Source: Azolla caroliniana
Taxonomy: Eukaryota > Plantae > Polypodiophyta
Direction of reading: 5' to 3'
Length of the DNA: 64,000 nucleotides
Assembly: GCA_043228905.1 (NCBI GenBank)
Contig: JBHGNT010000008.1
Coordinates: 16,864,001-16,928,000, forward strand
The position numbers and the translations under genes are program-made. Within the stretch, counting starts at the first letter, position 1. The number at the start of each line of letters is the position of its first letter. The notes below the pieces were generated by a model. It was not told where the DNA came from, did not search any database, and worked only from the letters and a program-made list of their open reading frames with translations. Positions 25,654 through 37,184 of the stretch are shown in pieces.

Positions 25654-26878
25654 TGTCGTGAAGATTTTCGGCAACGGTGTGAAAATTGCATGGAATGTAC
25701 AAAATCGAGTGTGGTTCTTCACACACAATATGAAACAATCATAATGAAGATATTATTTTATATCTTGGTACAAAAAGATGGATGTCTTCAAGAGCTTCCG
25801 AATCCATTTTACTACATGTGAAATGGAAAACTTAGTGTCAAGTTATGTGAGTGTAAAGTTTGAGAAGAAGAAGAGAAAAACAAAAACTGTGAGATATCCC
25901 ACATAGATAGGACAAATCATGATCCCACGATATATAGCCAGAGCCAAAACTTATTACTTTTTGTCTATGAGTGGAACACATAATGTTCTTGGCTATACTG
26001 TGGCTTAACTACTTGTAATGGTTTTGGCGGAACTGAAATTGGAACTAGACGACCACACCGATGGAACCGACACCGGCACGGGATGGCAACGAAACCGGAA
26101 TCGGAACGAACGGATGGCGATGGAACCAAAACCGACATCGAAACCGGAACCGAAATGGATAGACCAGATCACCGGGTCGGAAGCGGACCGGATAGACAGA
26201 TCGATCGGATAGGTTGATCGCGACGATTTCGGTGTGAAACGAACAAAATCATCCAGACTAAAAAACCTATTAGAAATTTGTAATCAAAGGGATGCAAGCA
26301 AGGCTTGAAACTTGCACCTCCAAGATAGGAGGCAATGAACTTACCGCTAAGCCAAGTTATGTCTTTATAAATGTTTTTTACTATCATTATATGTTCACAT
26401 GTAAAATTTCATGTTAGAGCTCGATTGAGTGACATGGTTATCATGCATCACATGTAATACATGAGCGCCAAGTGGCAAACATGCATCTCATGCATGTCTT
26501 GCACCCTCACAAGCATCATATGCATGGGGGCATCTATAAAAGAGTGGATGGAGAGGGAAAACGGGCTAGGTATTAATCAAGCAAGCTTTGTACTTGATAT
26601 CAAAATTAATATTAGGAAGAAAATTCGTTATCCTTTTGATGATATACCTTGTTCTTCAAATCTAAAGACAAGAGTTCAATCTTAATCTCTCTTTCTATTT
26701 CAATCGTTTTGAATCTATTTCAAAATTGGAATCTTAATCTTAATCTCTCTCTCTCTCTCTCTCTCAATCTATCTTAAATCCTTTCTCGCTAAAGCTAGTG
26801 CGTACTTTGAGTCCTTCCGGTCTAGAAGCCCGACGGTTCCGCCTCACGATCTGCACATAGTGATGGATCTTCACGACA
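25654..26878 (+). repeat. G4 5' LTR (1225 bp)
   Basis: Terminal inverted repeat TGTCGTGAAGAT/ATCTTCACGACA, followed by PBS tggtgaacccgacgtgaa. Confidence 0.9.
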
Positions 26879-26949
26879 TCTTAAGTGGTGAACCCGACGT
26901 GAAAGAGGCGGTAGGAAGGATCAAGTCGAGAATCAACCAATACTTGGAG

Positions 26950-29058
26950 ATGGCGTCCTCAAGCAATCAAGCGGGAGAGTTCGTAAGGATGATGCTGATC
27001 GTCGAACAAATGATGAGATCTCGAGACAACGATGCGAGCGTGGAGAAGGTTGTCGATCGTGTCGTGGAGCTCGAGGGTCAATTTGATGAAAGGAACATTA
27101 GGAAGTTCCTTGATGCATACAAAAGGGAGATGAATAAGAGGGATGTGTCTGAAGCGCGTCAAATCACAAGTTTCAAGAGAGTGGTCACCAACAACATCCA
27201 AAGGCACGTCATTGAGCTTCAAGAAGGGAAGACAATGTGGTCGGAGTTCGAGAAAGCGATATTAGCGGAGTTCGCAACGGAAGATTTGTCGAGGACGACT
27301 CGACATGTCTTGATGAAGTGGATAGAGAAGAAGAATAAGAAGATGAGCGCTTTCAGGGTGTACGACGAGTTCGACCAGATGTATGGTCGCCTCTTGGCCA
27401 CAAACCATGTGCTACTTGAGGAGGACAAAACTTTGTACTTCCTAAAGGCTGTGGATATGAAGGATAGATGAGAACTGGGTACTCTCCTTGAAGATGATAC
27501 CCAAGTGAACGGGCTTGAGGTGGATTGGGTTGCGGTGAAGCGAGCATGCAATAGGCTTGACAAGCGTCCTTAGTGGGTTGATGACACCGACTTGGCGGGA
27601 TCGATTGTCGTGGAGAAAACAAGACAATCGAAAGTAGTTGAGCCATCCAAACAAAGAATCCCGGAAGAAAAGAAGATTGATGATGACATCATCAAAGAAT
27701 TGGCGAAGAAGTTCGAGACGGTTACACTAGCGAACATGAATCATCGGGTCCCGAAAGGAAAAGAACCCTTTAGATGTGTGTGGTGCGACAACTTGGACCA
27801 CATGAGAAGGGAGTGTGCGAGCCTTCGGGAGGCCATCCAACAAAATATCGTATACATGGATGACAACATGATCTGCTCGACTGAAACCCGAAGACCCCTG
27901 TGGGTGAATTTCGGAAGAGGGGGAATGAAGAAATCTATGGAAGATGCTGAGGCGACTCATGTGGATGCGATGCACTATGCTACATCGGCTGGAATTAGAG
28001 TCGGAAAAGATAAAAATGAAACTGCTTGAACGGGAACAAAGTTCTGGTCTACCGTTCTCGAGTATGAGAAGAAGGGAAAAGTCACTTCGAACGAGGTAGA
28101 GCTTGCGGACCGAAGTGTACAAAGTATCACTAGATGGTTGGATCCGATGGATGACAACACCATACTTGCAGAAGTGATGTTCGACAACCACGAGGTGTTC
28201 GTCGAAGAAAAGAGAAAAAGAATAGAAGAGCAAGGCCCATCAAAAAGACATGAAACAAGGAATGCGAAAAACAAAGAAGATGCAAAAACGAGTCGAGCGT
28301 TACAAATGGAGGAAGGAGACTCGAGCCGAAAAGGGGAGTTGAGCAAACGAGTCGAAGAAACGGTTCGACCCATGAAGGTTGGTGTCAAAGACCCCACTTG
28401 GAAGGCAAGAACCTATAAACTAAAGTCGGACATAGAACAAACGACAGACTTGAAGAAGATTCTCGAGGAACGTGTTCTTGATAGCCATGTGAACTTGTCC
28501 TTGAGGGAATTGCTCGGCATTACGAAGAAGGAGTTCCATGATACGATTGTGGACCTCGTAAAGAGGAAAAGGCAACAGTCGGTCAGCCACTATACTTGGC
28601 CTCATTGGGAGTGAGCAACAACGGAGACGCTAGTAAAGTTGGGGGAAAGAAAAGAGATAGTCGTAGCGTTAATAGACCATGGGTCCGAAATCAACCTTAT
28701 GTCAACTGAGGTCTACAAGAAGGGAAGATGGCCCATAAATACGAATCATGGGTTGAAGATCCGTGCTGCTACGAAAGCTACCGAAGACTTGTATGGGGCA
28801 TGTCCTTACATCCCCATCACGATTGGCAATGTCGAGATAGATCAACATTTTTTTGTTCAAGACTCGGCGTCCCATCCCATCATTCTTGGGCAACCGTACA
28901 TAACATCATCACGGATGGAAACCAAAGTGTTCGACAATGGTGCGGCATTTGCTCGAGTTAGGTGTCTTGATGGGAAGAAGGACATACAATTCTTGACTGT
29001 ACATGCCAACCATGAAAGGAATCGGGATTGTCTCGGAGAAGCTGCTTCGGATTTTTAG
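26950..29058 (+). pseudogene. gag: G4 ORF1 Gag-protease (one frame, in-frame stops)
   Basis: ORF pieces at 26860, 27592, 28138 and 28639 share one frame; CVWCDNLDHMRREC; ALIDHGSEINLM. Confidence 0.88.
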
Positions 29059-31656
29059 AGCAGACTATTGAAGCATGGGGCACAAATAGTCCGAGCAATC
29101 ACGTCCCCACAAGAAAATAGAGCGCGTGGATTGCAAGGAGAAGCAACATGTGTCACACCTAGTGGTGCATGTAAACTAGTACTACCCAACAAAAAGGACA
29201 AGCGTCGGATACAAGACTTCAAGAAGATGCTGAAAAAAGAAAACATAATAGAAGAAGAAGAGTTCGTGACTCATATTATGGAAGAAGCCTCATTTAACGA
29301 CACCATCGGTGAAATCGAGGAAGTCGTGGACTTGAGCTATCTTCACGACCAACACGTAATTTCGGTTAACTCTGTCAACATGTACGCTATCATCGAAGCA
29401 TCTTGATGAAGGAAGCTGACATCAACACAAAATGTAAAACGGTGGATAGGAAGATCAAGCCAGTTGCGGTTCCGCTACCGGAAGATAGTTGGCAAAAGAT
29501 GAAGGAAGTCGCTAACGATCCAAGCTTAAGAGATCCAAAGACAATAGGTCATGTCTTCACCGAAGAGACGAAAGGAAAGCTACGAGTTGGAAGGGAGGAT
29601 TTCCTCCTCCCTGAAGAGGAGCGAATGTTTCGCGACATGCTTGAGAGACATGGGAAGACTTTCACATTTTTCCCACAAGAAATCGGATGTGTTGATCCAA
29701 GGACAATAGAGTTGATGGTAATCTTCACGGTGCTGCATGTGCCTTGGAATTTGAAACCGATATTGGTTCTGAGAGCACACCTACCGAAGCTGATCGAGCT
29801 CTTAAAGGAGAAGGTGAATATGGGAATTCTGGAACCGTCGAATGCTCCTTATTCTAATAGGTGGTTCAAGGTGCTGAAGAAGAATGGATCATTGTGATTC
29901 ATCCAAGATCTTCAACCCGTCAACAAGGTGACAATTCGAAATGTTGGAATCGGTCTGAGTGTGGACGAATTTGCTGAAGCATTTGCGGGGCGGTCCATCT
30001 ACTCCATTGGCGATCTCTACTCTGGATACGACCAATTCCAGTTGGCGATTGACAATCATGACATTACAACCATGAGGACTCCGATCGGGCTCGTGCGGAT
30101 GTGTACCTTACCTCAAGGTGCAACGAACTTGGTGGCTCATATGGTGAATGCCATGAACAAGGTCTTGAAGGATTGCATCCTGGACATCATGATGCCATTC
30201 TTCGATAAAAGGATGTTCGGATGAGGAGAAAGATGCATCGAAAGATAAGGAAGGGTGTAGAAAGTTTGTCGCGGATCATATAAAAGATTGTGAGAAGGTG
30301 CTCCAAAGGCTCGAAGATGCGAATTTGACATTTTCGGGAGAAAAATTCGCATTCGGGCAACTAGAGATCTTGGTGGTAGGTCACTTGTGCAGAGCATACG
30401 GCCGGAAGCCTACGCCATCCAAGATGAATGCGATCCAGGATATGAAAGAAGAATGCGTAAACCAAATGGAGGTTTGAAGGTTCCTTGGAGCATGCACATT
30501 TTATCATATCTGGATTCCGCACTATGCTCACGTCGCCGAGCCTTTATATGGATTGCTAATGTAAAGAATGAAGTTCGAATGGCGATACAAGCACACAAAT
30601 GTGATGGGAAGATTGAAGAAACTACTTCTTGAAGCTCCAGCACTAAGAAAGGCCGACTATACCGAAGGGAAGCCAATTTATGTGACTGTAGATACGAGCC
30701 CAACCGGAATCGGGTGGGTCATTAACCAAGAAGGAGAAGATAATGCGCGGTATGTCATCAGGTTCGGAGCAAAGGTTCTCAACGAACGACAACAAAGATA
30801 CGCCCAAGTCAAACGGGAACTTTGGGGTATTGTGTCGGTAGTGAAGATAGACAAAGACTACCTGATCGGGTCGGAAGTAATAATTGAGATAGATTGTCTT
30901 CCAATCCTCGGGATGATCTCAGGATGTGCGACACCAGATCTAGCTATGCAAAGGTGGATCGCCTATATCAAGTTTTTAAACCAAGAGATCCACCATATTG
31001 CAGGGAAGAAGAACGCCATGGCTGACATGCTGTCGAGGGCAAGATTTGAGAATGAAAGTGACATGGTTTCGGAAGATGAAGACGTCACCCTTGACTTCTT
31101 CAAGATGACCTGACTATCAACAGAAGACAAGGACACGCTAACCCTCCACGCCTTCAACGAGGACGAGTACAAAGGAGAGTGGTTACTGATCGGCAGATTC
31201 TTAAGAACAATCATGACGGATGCTTCATTGACGAAGGAGGAGGCTCTACGAATTCGGAAGAAAGCCTACCAATACTTCTTGAGGGGAGGATTCCTTTGGC
31301 GAAACCCAAAAAGAAGGACAGGAATGCCACGTCGAGTGGTGGTAAAGAAATCAGAGCAAGTGACGTTGATGACCAAATTCCACGAGATTCCTTGGGCAGG
31401 TCATAGAGGAACATGGGTGACATTCGAAAAGTTGAAGGAGAAGTACTGGTGGCCAAGCATGTACAAAGATGTACTCCATTTTGTGTCCACATGCGAAACT
31501 TGCCAAAGACATTCGAATATACGTCATCGTGATGAGCTACGATCGACACACCCGCTCACCATACACTTCAAATGGATGGTGGATCTGGTCTCGATGCTAA
31601 TGGGAGTGGGACAAATGAAGTACTTAGCTCTAGCAAGAGAAGACTTGACAAATCAA
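29049..31656 (+). pseudogene. pol: G4 pol (RT, RNase H, integrase N-terminal part), disrupted; continues at 37109-37184
   Basis: DLYSGYDQF, LPQGATN, TVDTSPTGIG, HEIPWAGH..CETCQ; REDLTNQ|VEGWAL across the C2 insertion. Confidence 0.9.
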
Positions 31657-32145
31657 TGTTAGGAAATGGACGCTTTCAAAACCTTCACCTCTCGGCCACA
31701 ACCGAGGAAACACGAATCAATGCAGAAGTAAATCAAAACACAGAGAGAGACTGGAATGCACAGGGTTTAGCGTGGAAAACCCTAGACGGGAAAAACCACG
31801 GGAGTGCAAGACTCCAACTATCACTATACGCAGGGAATGTACAATGGCGAGCTGCAAGGCGACGACCTTGAGCTCGCTGTCCTCGCCACAGGCGGCAGTA
31901 TTACACAGAGGCGTCGACCTCTTCCTTTCTCTCTCTCTCTCACTCTCTCTCTCTCTCGGCTGCTCTCACTTCGCTCCCTCTAAGTGGAAAACAGAAAAAT
32001 AATGAGCAACAACTACAAAACTGTTTGCCCTAAGTCATGTTTATACACATATGACTTTCGGGCTATCTACAAATATAGCCTCGAGGGCCCTTGGCAAACA
32101 TATTCACAAATATGTCCCCGCATCCGGATCTCTCTCCGGGTACAT

Positions 32146-32290
32146 TTGTCATCCGGCTCCGTAGCCGGGGTCTTCATCATCCGGCTCCGTAGCCGGGGTC
32201 TTCATCATCCGGATCCGAAACCGGGTCTTCATCATCCGGTTCCGAAACCGGGTCTTCATCATCCGGTTCCGATACCGGGTACTCCTCATT
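32146..32290. repeat. 27-28-bp palindromic tandem repeat in C2 LTR (5 units; 3 units at about 36957-37040)
   Basis: Units catccggctccgtagccggggtcttcat and catccggttccgaaaccgggtcttcat. Confidence 0.9.
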
Positions 32291-32364
32291 CGGGTCTTCA
32301 TTCCCGATTCCCGGACATCTGACCATCCCATCCGGAGGGACCGTAATCCCAACAAACTCCCCCT

Positions 32365-35300
32365 TCACTTCGGCATGGGATGTCTTTCCAGTTCGACCCT
32401 CTTCCGGCACGCTTCCAGCTTGTCGGGTGTGAGCACTTTGGTCAGCATATCTGACCCGTTCTCGTCCGTGTGGATCTTCGTCTGCACGAACTCCTGGTCT
32501 TCTATCCTTTCCCGGATCCAGTGATATCTTCGCTGGATGTGCTTCGTCCGGGAGTGATAGGCCGCATTCTTCGCAAGGTGGATGGCACTCTGACTGTCGC
32601 AGTAGAGTCGGTACTCCTCCTGCCGGATACCGAGCTCTAGAATGAAGTCCTTCATCCATATTATTTCCTTGCCGGCTTCAACAACCGCCATGTACTCCGC
32701 CTCCGTGGTTGACAACGCAACCGTCTTCTGCAACCTCGACTGCCACGAAATAGCTCCCCCTGCATACGTCATCACATACCCTGATGTGGACCGGCTGGTA
32801 TCTGCATCAGCCGACATATCCGAATCGGTAAAGCCGTCGAGTTCGGGCTTACCGGAGCCGAATCGGAGGCACACGTTTGCCGTGCCCTTCAGGTATCGGA
32901 GTATCCACTTGGCCGCGTTCCAGTGCTCTTTGCCGGGATTGCTCATGTACCGGCTCACCACTCCGACTGCATATCCTATGTCCGGTCTTGTACACACCAT
33001 TGCGTACATCAAGCTTCCGACGGCAGAGGCATATGGTACTTTCATCATGTCCTCCTTCTCAGCCTTTGTCTTGGGACTTTGCTTGCTGGACAGCTTGCAG
33101 TTTGCCGGGAGGGTTGACCCGACCGGTCTTGCGTCCGACATGTTGAACCGGTGAAGCACCTTTGTCACGTACTTCTCCTGTGACAACCACAACTGCTTCT
33201 TCTTCCGGTCCCGGATGATGTGCATCCCTAGTATTTGCCTCGCCGGACCCAGGTCCTTCATTGAGAAGGTTCGGTGAAGCGCTTTCTTCAGCATCCGTAT
33301 CTTGACCTGGTCCCGTCCGACGATCAACATGTCGTCCACGTACAGGAGGAGTATTAGAAAGTCTCCTCCTTCGAACTTCTTCACAAACACGCAGTGATCG
33401 GACTGTGTTTTGTGGTACCCTTCGTCGGTCATGAACGAGTCGAACTTCCGGTACCATTGCCGGGGAGCCTGCTTCAGTCCGTAAAGGCTCTTCTTCAACC
33501 GGCATACCAGGTGCTCCTTCCCTTTCTTCTCGAATCCTTCCGGTTGCTGCATGTAGATCTCTTCTTCGAGGTCACCGTGAAGGAATGCCGTCTTCACGTC
33601 CATCTGTTCTACCTCGAGGTCCATGCTTGCCGCTATGCTCAGCACCGTCCGGATGGAGGTCATCTTCACTACCGGGGCAAATATCTCGTCGAAGTCGACG
33701 CCCTTCTTCTGCTGGAACCCCTTCACCACGATCCTGGCTTTGTATCTCGGGGGGTTTCCGGCATCTCCCGGTTTCAGCTTGAACACCCACTTGTTTCGAA
33801 GTGCCCGCTTTCCTTTCGGCAACTCCACAAGTTCATATGTGTGGTTCTCATGCAGGGAATCCATCTCCTCCTGCATGGCACTTAACCACTTGCGGCTATG
33901 GGTGTCAAGCTTTGCTTCTTCAAAACTCTCCGGCTCCCCCTCGTCGGTTAGCAGCACGTGCTCTGGTTCCGGAAATCTCCGGGGGCCCCTTCTGTCTCTT
34001 AGAGGATATCTCCGTTCCGGAGCTTCGGTAACCGGCTCCTCCGTTTCCTCTTCATCCGAATCCATTTCGGGATCGGGGCCGGTTCCGGTATCAGTTTCTT
34101 CTTCCTCGGCCGGTTCTGTTTCTTCACCGTCTTCGGCCGGATCCTCGAGTGCTAACCGGTCCCTTGCCGGTCGGGACTGCTCCTCGTAGAGTTGATCCTC
34201 ACCGGTCGACTTGGAGCTCTTCATCTTCTTCTCCGACTCCCAGTCGGCGAGTGTCTTGTCCTCCATGAAGATGATATCACGACTCCGGAATATCTTTTTG
34301 TCGACCGGGTCCCATACTCGGTAGCCGAACTCGTCATCGCCGTAACCGAGGAATATGCATGGCCGGGTCTTTGGATCTAGCTTTCCTCTCCGGTCCTTTG
34401 CGACATGCACATATGCGAGACACCCAAACACCTTCAGATGCCGGTAGGATACTTCCCTACCGGTCCACACTCTCTGCGGCGTGTCTCCGTCCAAAGGTAT
34501 TGAGGGTGATCTGTTTATCACGTATGTCGCCGTCGACATTGCCTCAGCCCAAAACCCCTTGGGTAATTTCGCATGCGCCAGCATACTCCGGACCCTCTCC
34601 ATTATGGTCCGGTTCATCCTCTCGGCCAGCCCGTTCTGTTCCGGCGTCTTCGGCACAATAAACTCGAGCCGGATTCCCTTCGAGCGACAGTACTCCTTGA
34701 ACTGCCCCCGGTATTCCCCTCCGTTATCCGCTCGTATCGCTTTCAGCTTCTTGCCGGATTCCCTTTCCACTCTCGCGTGGAGTTCTTTGAAGACGCACAA
34801 CACTTGGTCCTTTGTCTTCAACGGTGCCGTCCACAGCTTCCGGCTGTGGTCATCAATGAATGTCACGAAGTACTGGGCTCCGCCATGTGACTTCGTTTCT
34901 ACTTGACACACGTCAGTGTGCACCAACTCCAATGGTGCGCTACGTCTCGTCGGTGGCCTTGAGTGGAAGGAGGTTCGGTTCTGCTTACCAGCCAGGCAAT
35001 CGGTGCACTTCTCCAGGTGCACATGCTTCACTGGAATAAGGTTGTCTTCTGCAAGCCTCTTCATCCCCTTCTCACTCATGTGGCACAGTCTCTTGTGCCA
35101 CAGCTCACTGGCAGTGTCGGCTGCCACGTTCAACTCCTCCGGACACAACCAGGCATTCATAAGGTACAGTGTGTTGACTTTCCGGGCCCGAGCCACTATC
35201 AGGCTCCCCTTGCTGAACTTCATTACGCAGTTCCGGATGCTACCTGTGTAGCCTTCATCGTCTAGCCTCCCGGCCGAAATCAGGTTCAATCGAACCTCCG

Positions 35301-36447
35301 GAACGTGTCGAACATCCTTCAGCAACATTTTGCATCCTGTCGAGGGTGTCAACCACACGTCTCCTATGCCGGCAATCCGGCACGTACCTTCATTTCCCAT
35401 CCGAACACAGCCATGCTCACCGGCTGTGTAGGATGAGAAGTATCTTCTTTCCGGGGTCAGGTGGAACGACGCTCCGGAATCGACCACCCAGGTAGTCTCA
35501 TCGCCGGCAATGTTTAGTTCACCTTCTTCGGTGATGAGCATGATCTCCTCTTCACTTGCCGCGAGTGCCGTCGTTCCTTTCCGGTCCTGCCCTCGCCGAT
35601 CCGAACCATTCCGGTCCGTGGCTCCCCGGTAAGCACCGTTCCGTTCCGAAGACTTCTTCGAATCGGTGTCGTCGGCTCCGTTGTCTTTTCGGTAATGCCG
35701 ACAATTCTTTCGGAAGTGCCCCGGCTTCCCACAGTGGAAGCATGTGGGCCTTCCTCTTGACCGCGACCGGGTCCCCGACTTCTCCCGTCTTTGCGGACTC
35801 CGGTTCCGTTGTCTTCCCCGATCCGATTCGGTAAGCAGCATCTTCGGATCGGAGGCCGGTTCTTTATCTCTCCGACGTGCTTCTTCGTTCAAAATGCTTG
35901 TCTTTACCGTTTGTAGGGACAAGTTATCTTCGGTGCAGGAGGTGCTGAGAGTCACCACCAAGTTCTCCCAGCTTTCCGGCAATGTACACATCAGCATGAT
36001 GGCTTGCATTGCATCCTCCAACGGGAACTTGATCGCCGCAAGCTGGTTCACGAATCCCATGAACGTGCTTACGTGTTCCACGATACTCTCGCCGTCCCGG
36101 TACTTGAGGTTCACTATCTTCCTTATCAGGGAGGTCCGGTTCAACGCATTCTTCCTCTCGTAGAGGCCCGACAGCTTCTGCCACATCTCATATGCGTTGG
36201 TGTCGTTCGCCACATGTTGTAGAACGCTCACGTCGACGTATTGCCGAATGGTTGCAACGGCTTTCCGGTTCAGAAGCCTCCATTCCGTCTCAAGTACCCC
36301 CTTGGGTATTTCCGACCTGTCGATCGGTTCATACAGGTCCCGAACAATGAGCAGATCCTCCATCTTTATCTTCCAGTCGGCGTAGTTCTGCGCATTCAGC
36401 ACCATCATCCCCGGCTGCCTGCTGCTGCCGCCTTCCATTTTCTGCAC
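32365..36447 (-). CDS. gag-pol: C2 Gag-Pol polyprotein, 1360 aa, uninterrupted (start may be the ATG at 36438)
   Basis: Gag, CCHC knuckle, DSGA protease, HHCC and DDE integrase, YVDD RT, RNase H in a single ORF. Confidence 0.97.
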   Translation of the reverse strand: MQKMEGGSSRQPGMMVLNAQNYADWKIKMEDLLIVRDLYEPIDRSEIPKGVLETEWRLLNRKAVATIRQYVDVSVLQHVANDTNAYEMWQKLSGLYERKNALNRTSLIRKIVNLKYRDGESIVEHVSTFMGFVNQLAAIKFPLEDAMQAIMLMCTLPESWENLVVTLSTSCTEDNLSLQTVKTSILNEEARRRDKEPASDPKMLLTESDRGRQRNRSPQRREKSGTRSRSRGRPTCFHCGKPGHFRKNCRHYRKDNGADDTDSKKSSERNGAYRGATDRNGSDRRGQDRKGTTALAASEEEIMLITEEGELNIAGDETTWVVDSGASFHLTPERRYFSSYTAGEHGCVRMGNEGTCRIAGIGDVWLTPSTGCKMLLKDVRHVPEVRLNLISAGRLDDEGYTGSIRNCVMKFSKGSLIVARARKVNTLYLMNAWLCPEELNVAADTASELWHKRLCHMSEKGMKRLAEDNLIPVKHVHLEKCTDCLAGKQNRTSFHSRPPTRRSAPLELVHTDVCQVETKSHGGAQYFVTFIDDHSRKLWTAPLKTKDQVLCVFKELHARVERESGKKLKAIRADNGGEYRGQFKEYCRSKGIRLEFIVPKTPEQNGLAERMNRTIMERVRSMLAHAKLPKGFWAEAMSTATYVINRSPSIPLDGDTPQRVWTGREVSYRHLKVFGCLAYVHVAKDRRGKLDPKTRPCIFLGYGDDEFGYRVWDPVDKKIFRSRDIIFMEDKTLADWESEKKMKSSKSTGEDQLYEEQSRPARDRLALEDPAEDGEETEPAEEEETDTGTGPDPEMDSDEEETEEPVTEAPERRYPLRDRRGPRRFPEPEHVLLTDEGEPESFEEAKLDTHSRKWLSAMQEEMDSLHENHTYELVELPKGKRALRNKWVFKLKPGDAGNPPRYKARIVVKGFQQKKGVDFDEIFAPVVKMTSIRTVLSIAASMDLEVEQMDVKTAFLHGDLEEEIYMQQPEGFEKKGKEHLVCRLKKSLYGLKQAPRQWYRKFDSFMTDEGYHKTQSDHCVFVKKFEGGDFLILLLYVDDMLIVGRDQVKIRMLKKALHRTFSMKDLGPARQILGMHIIRDRKKKQLWLSQEKYVTKVLHRFNMSDARPVGSTLPANCKLSSKQSPKTKAEKEDMMKVPYASAVGSLMYAMVCTRPDIGYAVGVVSRYMSNPGKEHWNAAKWILRYLKGTANVCLRFGSGKPELDGFTDSDMSADADTSRSTSGYVMTYAGGAISWQSRLQKTVALSTTEAEYMAVVEAGKEIIWMKDFILELGIRQEEYRLYCDSQSAIHLAKNAAYHSRTKHIQRRYHWIRERIEDQEFVQTKIHTDENGSDMLTKVLTPDKLEACRKRVELERHPMPK

Positions 36448-37184
36448 TGCAGTCGCTCTGATACCAGATTGTTAGGAAATGGACGCTTTCAAAACCTTCA
36501 CCTCTCGGCCACAACCGAGGAAACACGAATCAATGCAGAAGTAAATCAAAACACAGAGAGAGACTCGAATGCACAGGGTTTAGCGTGGAAAACCCTAGAC
36601 GGGAAAAACCACGGGAGTGCAAGACTCCAACTATCACTATACGCAGGGAATGTACAATGGCGAGCTGCAAGGCGACGACCTTGAGCTCGCTGTCCTCGCC
36701 ACAAGCGGCGGTATTACACAGAGGCGTCGACCTCTTCCTTTCTCTCTCTCTCTCACTCTCTCTCTCGGCTGCTCTCACTTCGCTCCCTCTAAGTGGAAAA
36801 CAGAAAAATAATGAGCAACAACTACAAAACTATTTGCCCTAAGTCATGTTTATACACATATGACTTTCGGGCTATCTACAAATATAGCCTCGAGGGCCCT
36901 TGGCAAACATATTCACAAATATGTCCCCGCATCCGGATCTCTCTCCGGGTACATTCGTCATCCGGCTCCGTAGCCGGGGTCTTCATCGTCCGGATCCGAA
37001 ACCGGGTCTTCATCATCCGGTTCCGATACCGGGTACTCCTCATTCGGGTCTTCATTCCCGATTCCCGGACATCTGACCATCCCATCCGGAGGGACCGTAA
37101 TCCCAACAATCAAGTAGAAGGATGGGCCTTGACAAATAAGACAACGTCAGCAGTTTGCAAATTTCTACTCGAAGAGGTTGTCTG

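Larger units (their letters stand above)
31657..37108 (-). mobile_element. C2: intact Ty1/copia element
   Basis: LTRs 31657-32354 and 36470-37108; TSD ATCAA; iMet PBS 36455-36466; PPT 32355-32364. Confidence 0.97.
25654..37184 (+). mobile_element. G4: tRNA-Trp-primed Ty3/gypsy element, 5' part up to the inversion breakpoint in integrase
   Basis: 5' LTR 25654-26878 (TGTCGTG...CACGACA), PBS 26886-26903, gag-PR-RT-RH-INT homologous to G2. Confidence 0.92.
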
